Position numbers and translations under genes: made by a program. The notes under the pieces were generated by a model. The model was not told the origin of the DNA and searched no databases. It worked only from the letters and a program-made list of their open reading frames with translations. Positions 28,501-38,825 of a stretch of 64,000 nucleotides of DNA are shown in pieces. The stretch is from Mobula hypostoma (taxonomy: Eukaryota): contig NC_086109.1 of assembly GCF_963921235.1 (NCBI RefSeq), positions 6,512,001 through 6,576,000 of the forward strand. Reading direction: 5' to 3'. Positions within the stretch are counted from its first letter, which is position 1. Every line of letters begins with the position of its first letter.

Positions 28501-31500
28501 GCATCTAGCCTGTCCAATCCCTTTAGGATCTTATACGTTTCAATCAGATCCCCCCTCAATCTTCTAAATTCCAACGAGTACAAGCCCAGTTCATCCAGTC
28601 TTTCTTCATATGAAAGTCCTGCCATCCCAGGAATCAATCTGGTGAACCTTCTTTGTACTCCCTCTATGGCAAAGATGTCTTTCCTCAGATTAGGGGACCA
28701 AAACTGCACACAATACTCCAGGTGTGGTGAAGGGCCAGATTCTTCACTGACTCAGTGTTTACTTCTTATTTCGCCAGGTTCTGATGATGACTACATACAG
28801 TGGCTTGCCCATTCGAGTAACGTTAATGATCCCAATGATGGCTGTATGTTGGGCTACAAAGAGAAGTTCCGCCGCTTGAGGAAATCATCGCTGTGCCGGA
28901 ATGGACATGGCTACATCGTCAATAAACAGCCCAATGTCTGTCCCTGTACCCTGGATGATTATCTGTGGTATGCTGCTTATCCAATGGTTCACGTTACATC
29001 TCTTCATCCATTCTAACTGTTTGAAATATGTAGCATTTGGTAAATCAGCTGATTATTACAAATGTCTAGAAATCTGTGAAGTACCTTGTAGTGGGCAAAC
29101 GTGGACGAGGTTGGCTTTGTGTGGGAGCAGAGGGATATCGGGGTCTTCACCCGTAGATCCCTCAAAGTTTTCATACAATTTGTTAGGGTTGTTAAGAAGG
29201 TACATGGTGTGTGTTGGCATGTATTAGTTGAAGGATCAAGTTCAAGAGCCATGAGGTAAAGTTGCAGCTCTATAAAACACTGGTTCGACCCCACTTGGAG
29301 TATTGTATTACAGTTCTGGTCGCCTCAGAACTGAACACATCATACCTTTAGAATATGAGAACACTCGGTCCTCTTTTATTGTCATTTAGAAATGCATACA
29401 TGCATTAAGAAATGATACAATGTTTCTCCGGAGTGATATCACAGAGAACAGGACAAACCAAAGACTAACGCTGACAGAACCACATAATTATAACATATAG
29501 TTACAGCAGTGCAAAGCAATACCATAATTTGATGAAGAACAAACCATGGGCACGGTAAAAAAAAGTCTCAAAGTCCCCGAGTCGATCGACTCCCGAATCC
29601 CCGATAGCAGGCGGCAAAAGGGAGAAACTCCCTGCCATAAACCTCCAGGCACCGTCAACTTGCCGATGCCTTGGAAGCAGCCGACCACAGCCAGCTGTGA
29701 GGTGCAGAGAAGATCTACCAGAATTCTGCGTGTATTGGAGAGTACACCTTATGGGGATAGATTAAGCTGGCTAGGACTTTTCTCTTCGAAGCGAAGGAGG
29801 GTGAGAGGTGACTTGATTAGAAGTGTAAAAGGTAAGAGGCATAGATAGAGTGGACGACCAGTGAATTTTATCCGTGGCAGAAATGGTTTAACATGAGACA
29901 GCATAATTTTAAGGTGATTGGAGGAAAGTATGGGGGAGATGTCAGAGATAAATTTCTACAGAGAGTGGTAGGTGCGTAGAATATGCTGCCCGGGTGGTGG
30001 TAGAGAGTGATGCATTAGGGACATTTAGGAGACCCTTAAACACATAGATGAAAGGAAAATGAAGGGATATGTGAGAGGGAAGCGTTAGTTTGATTTTGGA
30101 GTAGATTAAAAGATCAGCACAACATTGTGGGTCGAAGGGCCTGTTCTGTACAGTACTGATCTAAAATGTAGTTCTATACAGCTTCGGAAACCTCCGAGTC
30201 AACCGACAGCAGTTTTAGATGAATTTTGAGGTTTGATAAATAGTCCTGGAAAGACTTTATTTCTCAAGCTTGTTATCTTTTCCTCTCCAGTGACTTTGGA
30301 TACTATCGAAAGGAGAATAGCTCAGAATGTATCGAGCAGTCTGATCTCAAGGGCCACGACCTGGAGTTCTGTCTACAAGGGAAAAAAGAAATACTGAAGA
30401 CAAATGGGTATGAATGTATCTTAACCAAATTCATGCAGGGGCGGGGGACGGATTTATAGATTTGCACAAACTTCTGTGTAAATTTCATTCCAGGTCAAGA
30501 GCATCATTTTGTCTGTACTCCTGTTAGGTTGTCAGACAACCTGACTTGGTGATGTGTATGCCCACCAGAATTAAGCACTAGAAATCTCTGGCTAATCCAG
30601 CAGTTTTCCCCCATAGTTTAAACAGTTAGTCTGTGACATCCATGGAAGCACAAAGTCAAAGTAACATTTATTATGTAAGCCGTCAGACTCCTCAATACCC
30701 AGAGCCTGGACTGACACCAACCTACTGCCCTCTACTGTACCTATTGTCTTGTTTATTATTTATTGTAATGCCTGCACTGTTTTGTGCACTTTATGCAGTC
30801 CTGGGTAGGTCTGTAGTCTAGCATAGTTTTGTGTTGTTTTACATAGTTCAGTGTAGTTTTTGTATTGTTCATGTAGCACCATGGTCCTGAAAAACATTCT
30901 CTCGTTTTTACTGTGTACTGTACCAGCAGTTATGGTCAAAATGACAATAAAAAGTGACTTGACTTGACTTGAAAGTAGTTATATTACTAAATACTACCTT
31001 GAGATTTACTTTCTTGCAGGTTTTAACAGAAAAATATAAAGTACAATAGAAATTATAAAGATAAACCTACACTGATAACCATGGATGGAGGTGTATAGAG
31101 GGATATGGTCCAGGCGCAGGTCAGTGGGACTAGGCAGGGAAAAGGCACGGCACAGCCAAGAAGGGCCAAAAGGCCTGTTTCTGTGCTGTAATGTTCTATG
31201 ATTCTATGGTTCAATGTGCAAAAGAAGACAAAATGCACAAATAAATGAAAGTAATAATACTGAGAACATGAGTTGCAAAAAGTTCTTTAGGTCTATAGGC
31301 TGTAGAATCAATCCCAAGTTGTGGTGAGTGAAGTTATCCATACTGGTTCATGAGCCTGATAGTTCTTGGGTCAAAACTGTTCCTGAGCCTGGTGGTGTGG
31401 GAACTAGGGTTTCTGCACCTCCTGCCGGACGAGAGCAGCAAGAAGAGTGCATGGCCTAGATGGTGAGAGTCTTTGATTATGGATGCTGCTTTCTTGTGGC

Positions 31501-34500
31501 AGTACTCCATGTGGGGAGGCCTTTCCCTGTGATGGACTGAGCTGTATCCACTTCTTTTTGTAGCCATTTCTATTTCTGGGCATTGGTGTTTCCATACCAG
31601 ACCATGATGTAGGTAGAATCCCTCCGCTGTGCATGTATTGAAGTTTGTCAAAGTTTTTGGTGTTGTGCCAAGTCTGTACCAACGTCCAAGAAAGTAGAGG
31701 TGCTGTCGTGCCTTTATTGTGAATATCAGAAAACCCATGTCCCAGGTTTACTGATGGGTCAGGCCCAGTCTGTTGTTTACTGAGAACCAGACGGATGATC
31801 TATTAGGTAACTACTGGTGTGGAGCAATGGGCCAGTAAGTCCTGGCCCAATACACACCAAGGATTCAAAGTTTTGAGCTCAGTACCCCAACCGGCTTCCG
31901 GCATGTGTAGAGAGGATGAGAAGCACCTTGTTCCTTGGTGGACAAGTTGTTCAGAACTGACAGGGAAGGATAGCATTGAATCCACTAAGCAGTGGACGTA
32001 TTCTGATTGCCAAACGTGTTCTATAAACTCCACTTCCAGCAGGTCCTCCCCAGGTGACGACAGGGCTCCATTTCTGAAACTCTTCGTAACCTGGGCAGTT
32101 CATAATTTGGAAATGCAGCCCCAAAAACAGTTCCTACAGGGCAGAAGGTGCCTGGAAAGGTCTGTTTTCCACGGAAACAGTGAGCCTGGAGAAGCATTTT
32201 AAATCTTACACTATAAGATGCAGAAGTATTCATCCCATCAAGCCTGCTCTGCCATTTGATCCTGGCTGATTTATTATCCCTCTCAACCCCATTCTCCTGC
32301 TTTCCACATTTTTTTGTTTTTACCATTTTTAATAATGAAGCTGATGTTAACAAATATGGCCTGCAGACGAGTTTTTGGTGGTTTTACAAAGGACACTGCT
32401 GCTGGCCTGGGTGTTGTATCCCTAAACAGGATTCTTAAAGTGGGTATCAGTGGGTTAACTAGAAAATATTCTTCTTGGGTTTGATGTGGCAAAGTTTCAA
32501 GTAGTGTCAAGAACGGTTGCCTGCAGCACCTGGCAAAGCCACCCCGTGGTGTCCCAAATACTCATTTGTATGTATGAGCTGCACAGAAATCCAGTACTTG
32601 TACAGAATTTGCTAACGTTTGTGATTTTTTTAAATGAGGCAATAAACAGGAACTGAAGCATAAAGGATATGATTCCTATTAAACGTTTGACCTTATCAGC
32701 AACCTCCATGTATTCTCCTCATTTAATGTGATTTGCAATTTTACATAAAGGACTTTTTTTGCTTAAGATAACACGTCCACTTTGTCAATTATACTTGAGA
32801 TCTTTAAGTCGGTCATGTGCTCTTTCGAAAAGTTCGCCATAAAAATTGTTCACTTAAATTTTCTGGTGTAGTCCAGAATAGGTTAGGGCTATTTTCCATG
32901 GAGCACAGGAGAATGAGGGGAGATTTGAAGGGGGTATGCAAAGTTGGGGGCGATAGGGCATAGGTTTTCTCCAGGTCCTCTGGTTTCCTCCCACAGTCAC
33001 AGTCTCCTGGCTAGGTCAGTTGATCATTGTAAATTGTGCTGTGGTTAGGTTAGTTAGGGTTGTCAGGGGTTGCTGGTCAGTGCAGCTTGAAGGGCTAATT
33101 CACGTTGTATTCCTAAAATAAAAATAACGCCAACAGGCTACCTCCCGTGAGGCTGGAACCAGAGGTCACTGGGTAAGAGTGAAAGATGAAATATTTAAGG
33201 GGAACCTGTGGGCGATCTTGTTCGCTCTGAGGATGGTGTGAACGTGGAACAAGCTGCCTGCAGACATGTGGATACAGTTTCAATTTCAATATTTAAGAGA
33301 TGTTTCGATTATGTGCATGGACACGAGGGGTGTGGAGGGCTGCGGTTCAGGTGTGGGTCTATGAGAGTAGGCAGAATAATGGTTGAGCATGGAATAGATG
33401 GGCCAAGGGGCTTGTTTCTGTGCTGTAGTACTCTGAATCTAGTCATGACTTTACCATGAGCTAAACACACTGAAGACCGGTTATTATATTTAATTCATTC
33501 TGGACCATTTTAAAGTTTAATATGCTGACAGATTTGTAAATATCTTGTACTTTAGATACCGAAAGATTCCTGGAGACCAGTGTTATGGAGGTGTCCAAGT
33601 GGATCGCACTGTGAAGGATATCAGTAAAAAATGTGTCAGTACTTTGATTGAACCCCAGGAGCTGGTAAGTGCACCTGTAGTCAAGATTTGCGAATGAGGG
33701 CATTTTGACTTAGACAGAAACAAAAATAACATTTTGGATAGAATAATAAATTTCTTGGTTAAAATATGCACAAGTAGTGTTAGCTTTTATTCTGCAAACA
33801 TTTTCAATTTGACAATTATGGCTAATTGTTTGTATTGAATTGTAAGATATTAAAATTGGCAAGACTGATTCTGGTTTAAATGCTGCTGTTCAGTCCTTGG
33901 TAATACTGACTTAGCTTTTGGGAGCACCGTCAAAGTGGCTTGAAGAGGGAACTGAAATCTCTGATTATAACACTATATGGATTAAATAAAATTTCCTTTG
34001 ATTTCAGCTTGGTTCACACAGTACCAACTCTGTGCCAATTATTGCCACAGTAATAGTACTTTTACTGATCGTGGTAATCTTTGGAGTGATCTTTATCAAG
34101 AAATATGTATGCGGTGGACGGTAAGTAGATGTGACTTTCTGTTGTTATACGTAACAAACTTTAATTTTCCACTTCAGGTCATTGTCCAGTTAGAAAATGA
34201 TTTTGAAACTGGAAGGGAACAAATCCAATTTTTTTTCTCCGGTGATGGGGGTTCAGTGCAGGGAAGTTGATTTGTATTTCAGGCTGTATTTTGCTTGCTG
34301 TCTTTGAGCCATTTAGAATGCGCTGTTAAGTTACCCATGAATTAAATTTGTACATGCAGTTGTCTTGGGGATTTCTAATAGTGCATTTGTTCAAAAGCCT
34401 GTCAGCTGTAGCAGGGTTTGCTGGCCATTACCTCCTACGGGGCAAAAATTAACGTCATAAATGGCTGTGATGCATCACTCCCCAGTGAGCTGAGCACCTT

Positions 34501-37500
34501 TTAGGAATGCTTTGAAAGGGAGAAAAAATGCACCTGTGTAAATTGGGATCAGCCAGCTACCTTTATTTGGCTGAGAAGTGCAGGTCAAGGTTCAAAGTGT
34601 ATTTGTTATCAGGGTATGTATACAGTATATAACGCCCGAGATTCGTCTTCCTGCAGACAGTCACAAAGCAAAGTAGTACCATGGAACCCATTCAAAGAAA
34701 ACCTCAAACGCGCAAACATGCAAAAGAAAAAGAACAAATTGTGCAAATGCCAAAACACGAGCAAATAGCACACAGAATATTAAACATCAGACTTCAGAGT
34801 CTTGAAACAGGCTGGGAACGTTCAGTTCTATTTAGTGCTGTGTTGTTCATTGACTACAGGCTGCAGAGCCAACCCGTTCCAATCAAAATAGTGCAAAATA
34901 GCGATGATGAAAGGGGTCATCAGAAACCAGAACACACATAACATGAACAGCAGATTCTTTTAAAATGAGTCCACTCCACAAACTGCGGCAATCAAACCTT
35001 GCCCAAGACCCAAGACTCCTGCACCTTAGAATGAAATATTCAAGGTTTATCCACTTCACAGGCTTCAGTAAGGTCCTAGTTTAATGTGCAATGGCTTTCA
35101 TTAGAATTGTAGCATAAATCTTGGGTCAGATTTGAATATGGTACACACTGGGAACCTGTGTGTGAAGCGTTTAGCATTACCATTAATCTAAGTGAATCTT
35201 AAAGTACAGGTATCACATATAAAGATGACAAAAGCAAAAGAATATTTTTTTATCCCTTTGGGAAGGATCATGGAGTCAAGATGACAAAATGCAGATGAAA
35301 TCATGCTGTTTCCATCTGCAATTTTATATGTGCTCCTTGGAATCATGCGTGTTTAGTATTTACTTGAAGTATATAATCCTTTAAAGAGGTCGGTGCATGT
35401 TTCTGGTTTCCATAACTTGCTAAATCTTGAGTAAAAATTTGAGGAACCAAGTGAAAAGGATTTGTATTCCTCCGTTCTAACATAATAGACTCCCTATAAT
35501 TCTCTATTTTCAATTGAGGTCGTAATCTCAACGTACGCCATTAACTGAGACCCAATAGGTTTGCTCAAATGCCACAGAGTCAAAGAAAAGTACAGCACGA
35601 AAAACAGGCCATTCGGCCCATCTAGTCCATGCTGAGACCATTTAAGCTACCTACTCCCATTGACCTGCACCAGGACCATAGCCTTCCATACCATCCATGT
35701 ACCTATCCAAACTTTACTTAAATGTTGAAGTCAAGCTCACGTGCACCACTTGCACTGGCAGCTCATTCCCCACTCTCACAACTCTGAGTGAAAGAAGTTT
35801 CCCCGTAAACTTTTCACCTTTCACCCTTAACCTGAAGATTCACTCAAATTAATGGTAATGTTAACCTCCCAACCTCCGTGGAAAAAACCTGCTTTCATTT
35901 ACTCTATCTATTGTTAGTTGTTGTTGAGTGCAGTTGAATTGTTGTCGACTTATAGTGACTGGATGGGTAGGATAGTTGTCCATAGGGTTTTTGTGGTGAG
36001 ATATGGAAGCAGATTGCCAGGCCTTTCTTCTGCGTAGATACAGCAGCTGCCCAGGTTGGGACCCGGCCGGATTTGAACTCAGGGCCATCCACCTCAATTC
36101 CTTAGAATATAGAAGATTGAGAGGAGATTTGATGAAGTCATAACTTATTCATTCTTTCCTTATAACTCGGGTCCTCCAGACCCAGCAACATCCTTGTAAA
36201 TCTTCTCTGTACTCTTTCAACCTTATTTACATCTTTCCTGTAGGTAGGTGACCTGAACTGCACACACTACTCCGAATTAGGCCTCATCAAAGTCTTATAC
36301 AACTTTAACATAATATCCCATCTCCTGTGCTAAATACTTTGATTTATGAAGGCCAGTGTGCCAAAATTTATGACCCTATCTACCTGTGACATACCTCCAG
36401 ATGTACCTCTAGAATATGGCTGCTGCCTGTTCTTAGTATCGGCTGAGACTGGAAGACCAGTTTCTTCTCACGCACTTTCTCCAATGAAAATGGTTTATGA
36501 GCATTGAACTAATAACCAAACTGTAATTTCTCCGTTTGTTTTCATCTTTCAGATTTTTGGTACATCGGTACTCAGTCCTACAGCAGCACGTGGAGTCAAA
36601 TGCTGCAGATGAACTAGACAAGGCAATATCTGCCAATAAACCAGAGTACCATGATGACTCCGATGAGGCAAGTGTAGAATAGTTTATTTTGAAGTACCAC
36701 GGGCAAATGCCAGTAGCTCTCTCTGCTAGTTTGATTGTTGGCACTTGATTAGTGTTTTCAGGCCATCTTCAGATCTACCTGTCCGAGAGGTGGTCAGAAG
36801 TTTGCAATGCTCTGAATTTGAGCAGGGTGTTCTACTGATATTGAATCATCGCTCTTAATAACACGGGCAATCATTTTTTTAGAATATGTTGCTTCCTCAG
36901 AAATTTTTCTTTGTTTATGATAGGCTGCTTGAAGCTGAATGCAAATATAATTTCAAACTACTTGCATCACGTAGGAATTTGGAGAAACAAGAAATTTACC
37001 CTAATTGCTTAATTACATAATGATGCAGATGCTTTGCAATAGTTCAACTAAACTAAAAATGTTTTGTTGGTGATTTTTATTTGTACTCAGTGTCTGAGGC
37101 TTCTTGCTTAAGTGTCCAACAATAATCGGCCAGCATTGATGGATTTCAGTTGCCCTGATACCGTTTCTCCGTGATCACAATGTCCTGGTGCAACCTTTCA
37201 CCATGCTCATCACTGACAGCACCAAGATTTGCAGGGAAGAGTCTAAATGGGAATGCAGAAAATGAATCTTTAGTGACATGTTGCACTTTATGGTTTTATA
37301 TGGTTGAAGCATGTTGTCAACCAGCTACATGGAGTTGCCAAGAATATTTTCAGCAACATCCTTGAATACCTTCCATGCGATTTTCTCCGGTCCCACTAGA
37401 AGTTCTTTGAATTGCCTGTCATTAATGACCTGTTTGATATGTGGACCAACAAAAATGCATTCCTTAATCTGGGCATCAATTACTCTGACTTGAATTATGA

Positions 37501-38825
37501 ATTGAAATAAGTATAGGCCATTTCAAAAGGAATGGCGTATGATGGGGAAATTTCATTGTGATTTTTATGGACATGGCATCAAAGGTTACAGTGAGAAGGC
37601 CAGGAACTGCGGTGAGGAGGAGGTAGGAAAAAGGATCAGCTGTGATTGAATGGCAAAGCAGACTGGATGGGCCAGATGCCCTAATTCTGCTCCCATGTCT
37701 TATGGTCATGGTCTTATGATCAGTAGTCCAAAATCTATAAGATACACCCAGAAGTATTTGGGAAGCAAAATCTTTGTTGTCCAGTGTAATAGTCACTGAG
37801 AGGAGGCACTGAAACAGGCCCTTCAGCCCACCAAGTCCATGCTGACCCTCAGCAAATCATTTGCCCTAATCCTACAGAAATTCACTTTGTATATTCTTTT
37901 CATTTTCACATCAACCCACAACCCCCACAGAAGATTCTGCCACTCATCTACACAATATGCAGCATTACGTCTGGGCGCAGCAAGAATGGCAACAGGGTCG
38001 TATAATTAAAGGTTTTCAAGCTCAGTCATGTTAGTAACGTACATGCTGGGTAAGTGTGGGAGTGATGGACTGGGCCAGCTGAATCAAAAGACCTGCGCAT
38101 TTAAAAGCCCACGCTCTGAAGAGAGAAAGCCCTCCATGCATCGGAGGCCTGATCAAATCGTTTGGCCACATGCATACCTGCCTTGTTCTCGCTATCGATC
38201 CAATACGGTACCGGCACAATTTACAGAAACAAGGCTGACATGCCAACCTTCATGTGAAGGGGTTCGCAGGTTAATCTGCTCTGTAAATTGTGCCTTTTGT
38301 CTTGTGCGAGGAAACGGGAAGAAACTCACTGGATCACAGAGAGAATGTGCTAACTTCACATCAATAGCATGCAGGATCAGGATTGAACTCTTCTCTGGCA
38401 CTGAGAGGCAGTGGCTCGACCAGCTACTCCGCTCTGCTGTCTGTAGGGGTGGGGAGAGGGGTCATTTCCCTCACTACTCTTTCTGGCATCCAAATCACCT
38501 CCAATGCCAGCTTGGATCTCTCTGAAGCCTGTGGTATACTGAAAGACCAAGATAGGTGGATGTGGAGAGAACATTTCCTATAGTGGGGGAGAGTAGAACC
38601 AGAGGACACAGCCTCAGACTAGAGGGATGTCCCTTTAGAATGGAGATGAGGAGGAGTTTCTTTAGCCAGGAGGTGGTGAATGTGTGGAATTCATTGCCAC
38701 AGACGGCTGTGGAGGACAAGTCATTGGGTGTATGTCATTAGGTATATTTACATGTAACAAATAAAGGTAGTCTTAAAAAAATTTTAAGCTGATATTATTT
38801 CTTTTAACAGGATCTTCTGGAGTAG
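4479..38825 (+). CDS. SORT1: Sortilin (Vps10p-domain receptor), 3' part of gene: 15 coding exons, 1785 nt = 594 aa + stop; 5' exons lie left of the window
   Basis: Manual splice join(4479-4552,9379-9428,13279-13406,13805-13949,17165-17320,18230-18336,18842-18944,23354-23525,26294-26484,28778-28967,30291-30407,33556-33664,34008-34120,36553-36667,38811-38825). All phases are compatible and the peptide is collinear with vertebrate sortilin ([63 protein letters not shown]). Confidence 0.97.
5246..5790 (-). mobile_element. Penelope-like element 3' fragment, inserted in CR1
   Basis: Reverse-strand terminal repeat (ctgatgaagggtctcagcctaaaacgtc) and the end of the GIY-YIG ORF. Confidence 0.8.
5790..7340 (+). 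mobile_element. Decayed CR1 LINE RT region and 3' end
   Basis: KAFDEIPH...[19 protein letters not shown]; many stops and frameshifts; CR1-type 3' end. Confidence 0.88.
7552..8992 (+). mobile_element. Young 5'-truncated CR1 LINE, near-intact RT (352 aa ORF, one premature TGA at 8608-8610)
   Basis: [41 protein letters not shown]; 3' tail of tttctatgg repeats. Confidence 0.95.
9379..9428 (+). CDS. SORT1: SORT1 exon 7
   Basis: gtcctcag|GGGGCC...TGCA|gtaagt; [16 protein letters not shown], 50 nt. Confidence 0.92.
10961..12744 (+). mobile_element. 5'-truncated L1-clade LINE (ORF2 C-terminus with CCHC zinc knuckle) with 13-bp TSD
   Basis: ORF 11177-12211 contains [25 protein letters not shown] at 12739 and a short A tail; aaaaatacttttg at 10948-10960 and 12745-12757. 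Confidence 0.9.
13279..13406 (+). CDS. SORT1: SORT1 exon 8
   Basis: ttttgtag|CTGCA...GACAAG|gtaaag; [42 protein letters not shown]. Confidence 0.95.
13805..13949 (+). CDS. SORT1: SORT1 exon 9
   Basis: actttag|GCCAGT...CCTGGTG|gtaggt; [48 protein letters not shown]. Confidence 0.96.
14575..14815. mobile_element. Fold-back PLE terminal-repeat mini-element
   Basis: aaatgctggaggagctcaacaggtcaggcagcatctatggaaatgaataaacag is inverted against ctgtttgttcatttccataggtgttgcctgacttgctgaattcctccagcattt. Confidence 0.75.
15960..16100 (+). mobile_element. PLE terminal repeat with hammerhead motif (G12>A)
   Basis: tagtc CTGACGA agggtctcggccc AAAA cgtc gactg at 15967-16004. Confidence 0.8.
16124..16625 (-). 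mobile_element. Rex1/Babar-like LINE 3' fragment
   Basis: [19 protein letters not shown]...[13 protein letters not shown]; (gactat)n-type tail. Confidence 0.75.
17165..17320 (+). CDS. SORT1: SORT1 exon 10
   Basis: catccag|ACACAGG...GCAGAAG|gtaagg; [52 protein letters not shown]. Confidence 0.96.
17604..17724. mobile_element. Fold-back PLE mini-element with near-perfect ~15-bp TSD
   Basis: atgctggaggaactca...tgagttcctccagcat inverted arms; flanks tcccttttctgaaaa and tccctttttctgaaaa. Confidence 0.7.
18230..18336 (+). CDS. SORT1: SORT1 exon 11
   Basis: tctctttag|ATGG...GATGAG|gtgagt; [36 protein letters not shown]. Confidence 0.96.
18842..18944 (+). CDS. SORT1: SORT1 exon 12
   Basis: ttctccag|TGTAGT...CACG|gtatta; [34 protein letters not shown]. 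Confidence 0.96.
19292..20867 (+). mobile_element. Full-length decayed Tc1 transposon (1576 bp) with TA TSD
   Basis: TA|cagtgccttgcaaaagtatttcaacccc ... ggggctgattactttatcaaggcattg|TA; transposase remnants [46 protein letters not shown] in shifted frames. Confidence 0.93.
20870..21840 (-). mobile_element. Rex1/Babar-like LINE RT fragment (host of the Tc1; its tail continues at about 19218-19290)
   Basis: Minus-strand [21 protein letters not shown] and [10 protein letters not shown]. Confidence 0.75.
23354..23525 (+). CDS. SORT1: SORT1 exon 13
   Basis: tttctag|GCAGC...ATCAA|gtaagt; [57 protein letters not shown]. Confidence 0.96.
24318..24892. mobile_element. Penelope-like fragments in opposite orientations (minus terminal repeat 24318-24660; plus GIY-YIG piece 24660-24892)
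   Basis: LGDRFVEHL...[12 protein letters not shown]...EATLRVEEQ on plus; terminal repeat on minus. Confidence 0.8.
26294..26484 (+). CDS. SORT1: SORT1 exon 14
   Basis: tttctag|GTTTTCA...GAGACT|gtgagt; [40 protein letters not shown]...DFEELLTRD. Confidence 0.96.
28162..28727 (-). mobile_element. Young CR1 3' fragment
   Basis: Open ORF 28254-28709 [12 protein letters not shown]...[13 protein letters not shown]...[14 protein letters not shown]; catagaaa tail repeats. Confidence 0.92.
28778..28967 (+). CDS. SORT1: SORT1 exon 15 (10CC region)
   Basis: tcgccag|GTTCT...CTGTG|gtatgc; [13 protein letters not shown]...[23 protein letters not shown]...[10 protein letters not shown]. Confidence 0.96.
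29050..30150 (+). mobile_element. Decayed CR1 fragment interrupted by another repeat (about 29350-29695)
   Basis: ccacttggagtattgt...gtgcagagaagatctacc...RRRVRGDLI; 3' end gaagggcctgttctgt. Confidence 0.75.
30291..30407 (+). CDS. SORT1: SORT1 exon 16
   Basis: ctctccag|TGACTTT...AAATGG|gtatga; [39 protein letters not shown]. Confidence 0.96.
31250..31730 (-). mobile_element. Rex1/Babar-like LINE 3' fragment
   Basis: KARQHLYFL...[25 protein letters not shown]...TTRLRNSF. Confidence 0.75.
33556..33664 (+). CDS. SORT1: SORT1 exon 17
   Basis: actttag|ATACCG...GAGCTG|gtaagt; [36 protein letters not shown]. Confidence 0.95.
34008..34120 (+). CDS. SORT1: SORT1 exon 18 (transmembrane helix)
   Basis: atttcag|CTTGGT...GGACG|gtaagt; [38 protein letters not shown]. 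Confidence 0.94.
35575..36400 (-). mobile_element. CR1 3' fragment with a nested SINE-like insert (about 35910-36095)
   Basis: Reverse complement of CR1 gtataagactttgatgaggcctaattcggag and of the 3' end gggccgaatggcctgttt. Confidence 0.7.
36553..36667 (+). CDS. SORT1: SORT1 exon 19 (cytoplasmic tail, YSVL motif), GC donor
   Basis: ctttcag|ATTTTTG...GATGAG|gcaagt; [38 protein letters not shown]. Confidence 0.94.
38540..38735 (+). mobile_element. CR1 fragment in the last SORT1 intron
   Basis: [18 protein letters not shown]...[14 protein letters not shown]. Confidence 0.85.
38811..38825 (+). CDS. SORT1: SORT1 terminal coding exon (DLLE*)
   Basis: cttttaacag|GAT CTT CTG GAG TAG completes the acidic dileucine motif DDSDEDLLE. 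Confidence 0.93.
   Translation, partial: DLLE

Noticed and set aside
28231..29016. 261-aa ORF as a separate gene
   Set aside because: Antisense CR1 frame running into SORT1 exon 15
33665..34007. Equivalent of mammalian SORT1 cryptic exon 17b
   Set aside because: Intron is only 343 bp and I found no convincing internal acceptor/donor pair or UG-repeat tract
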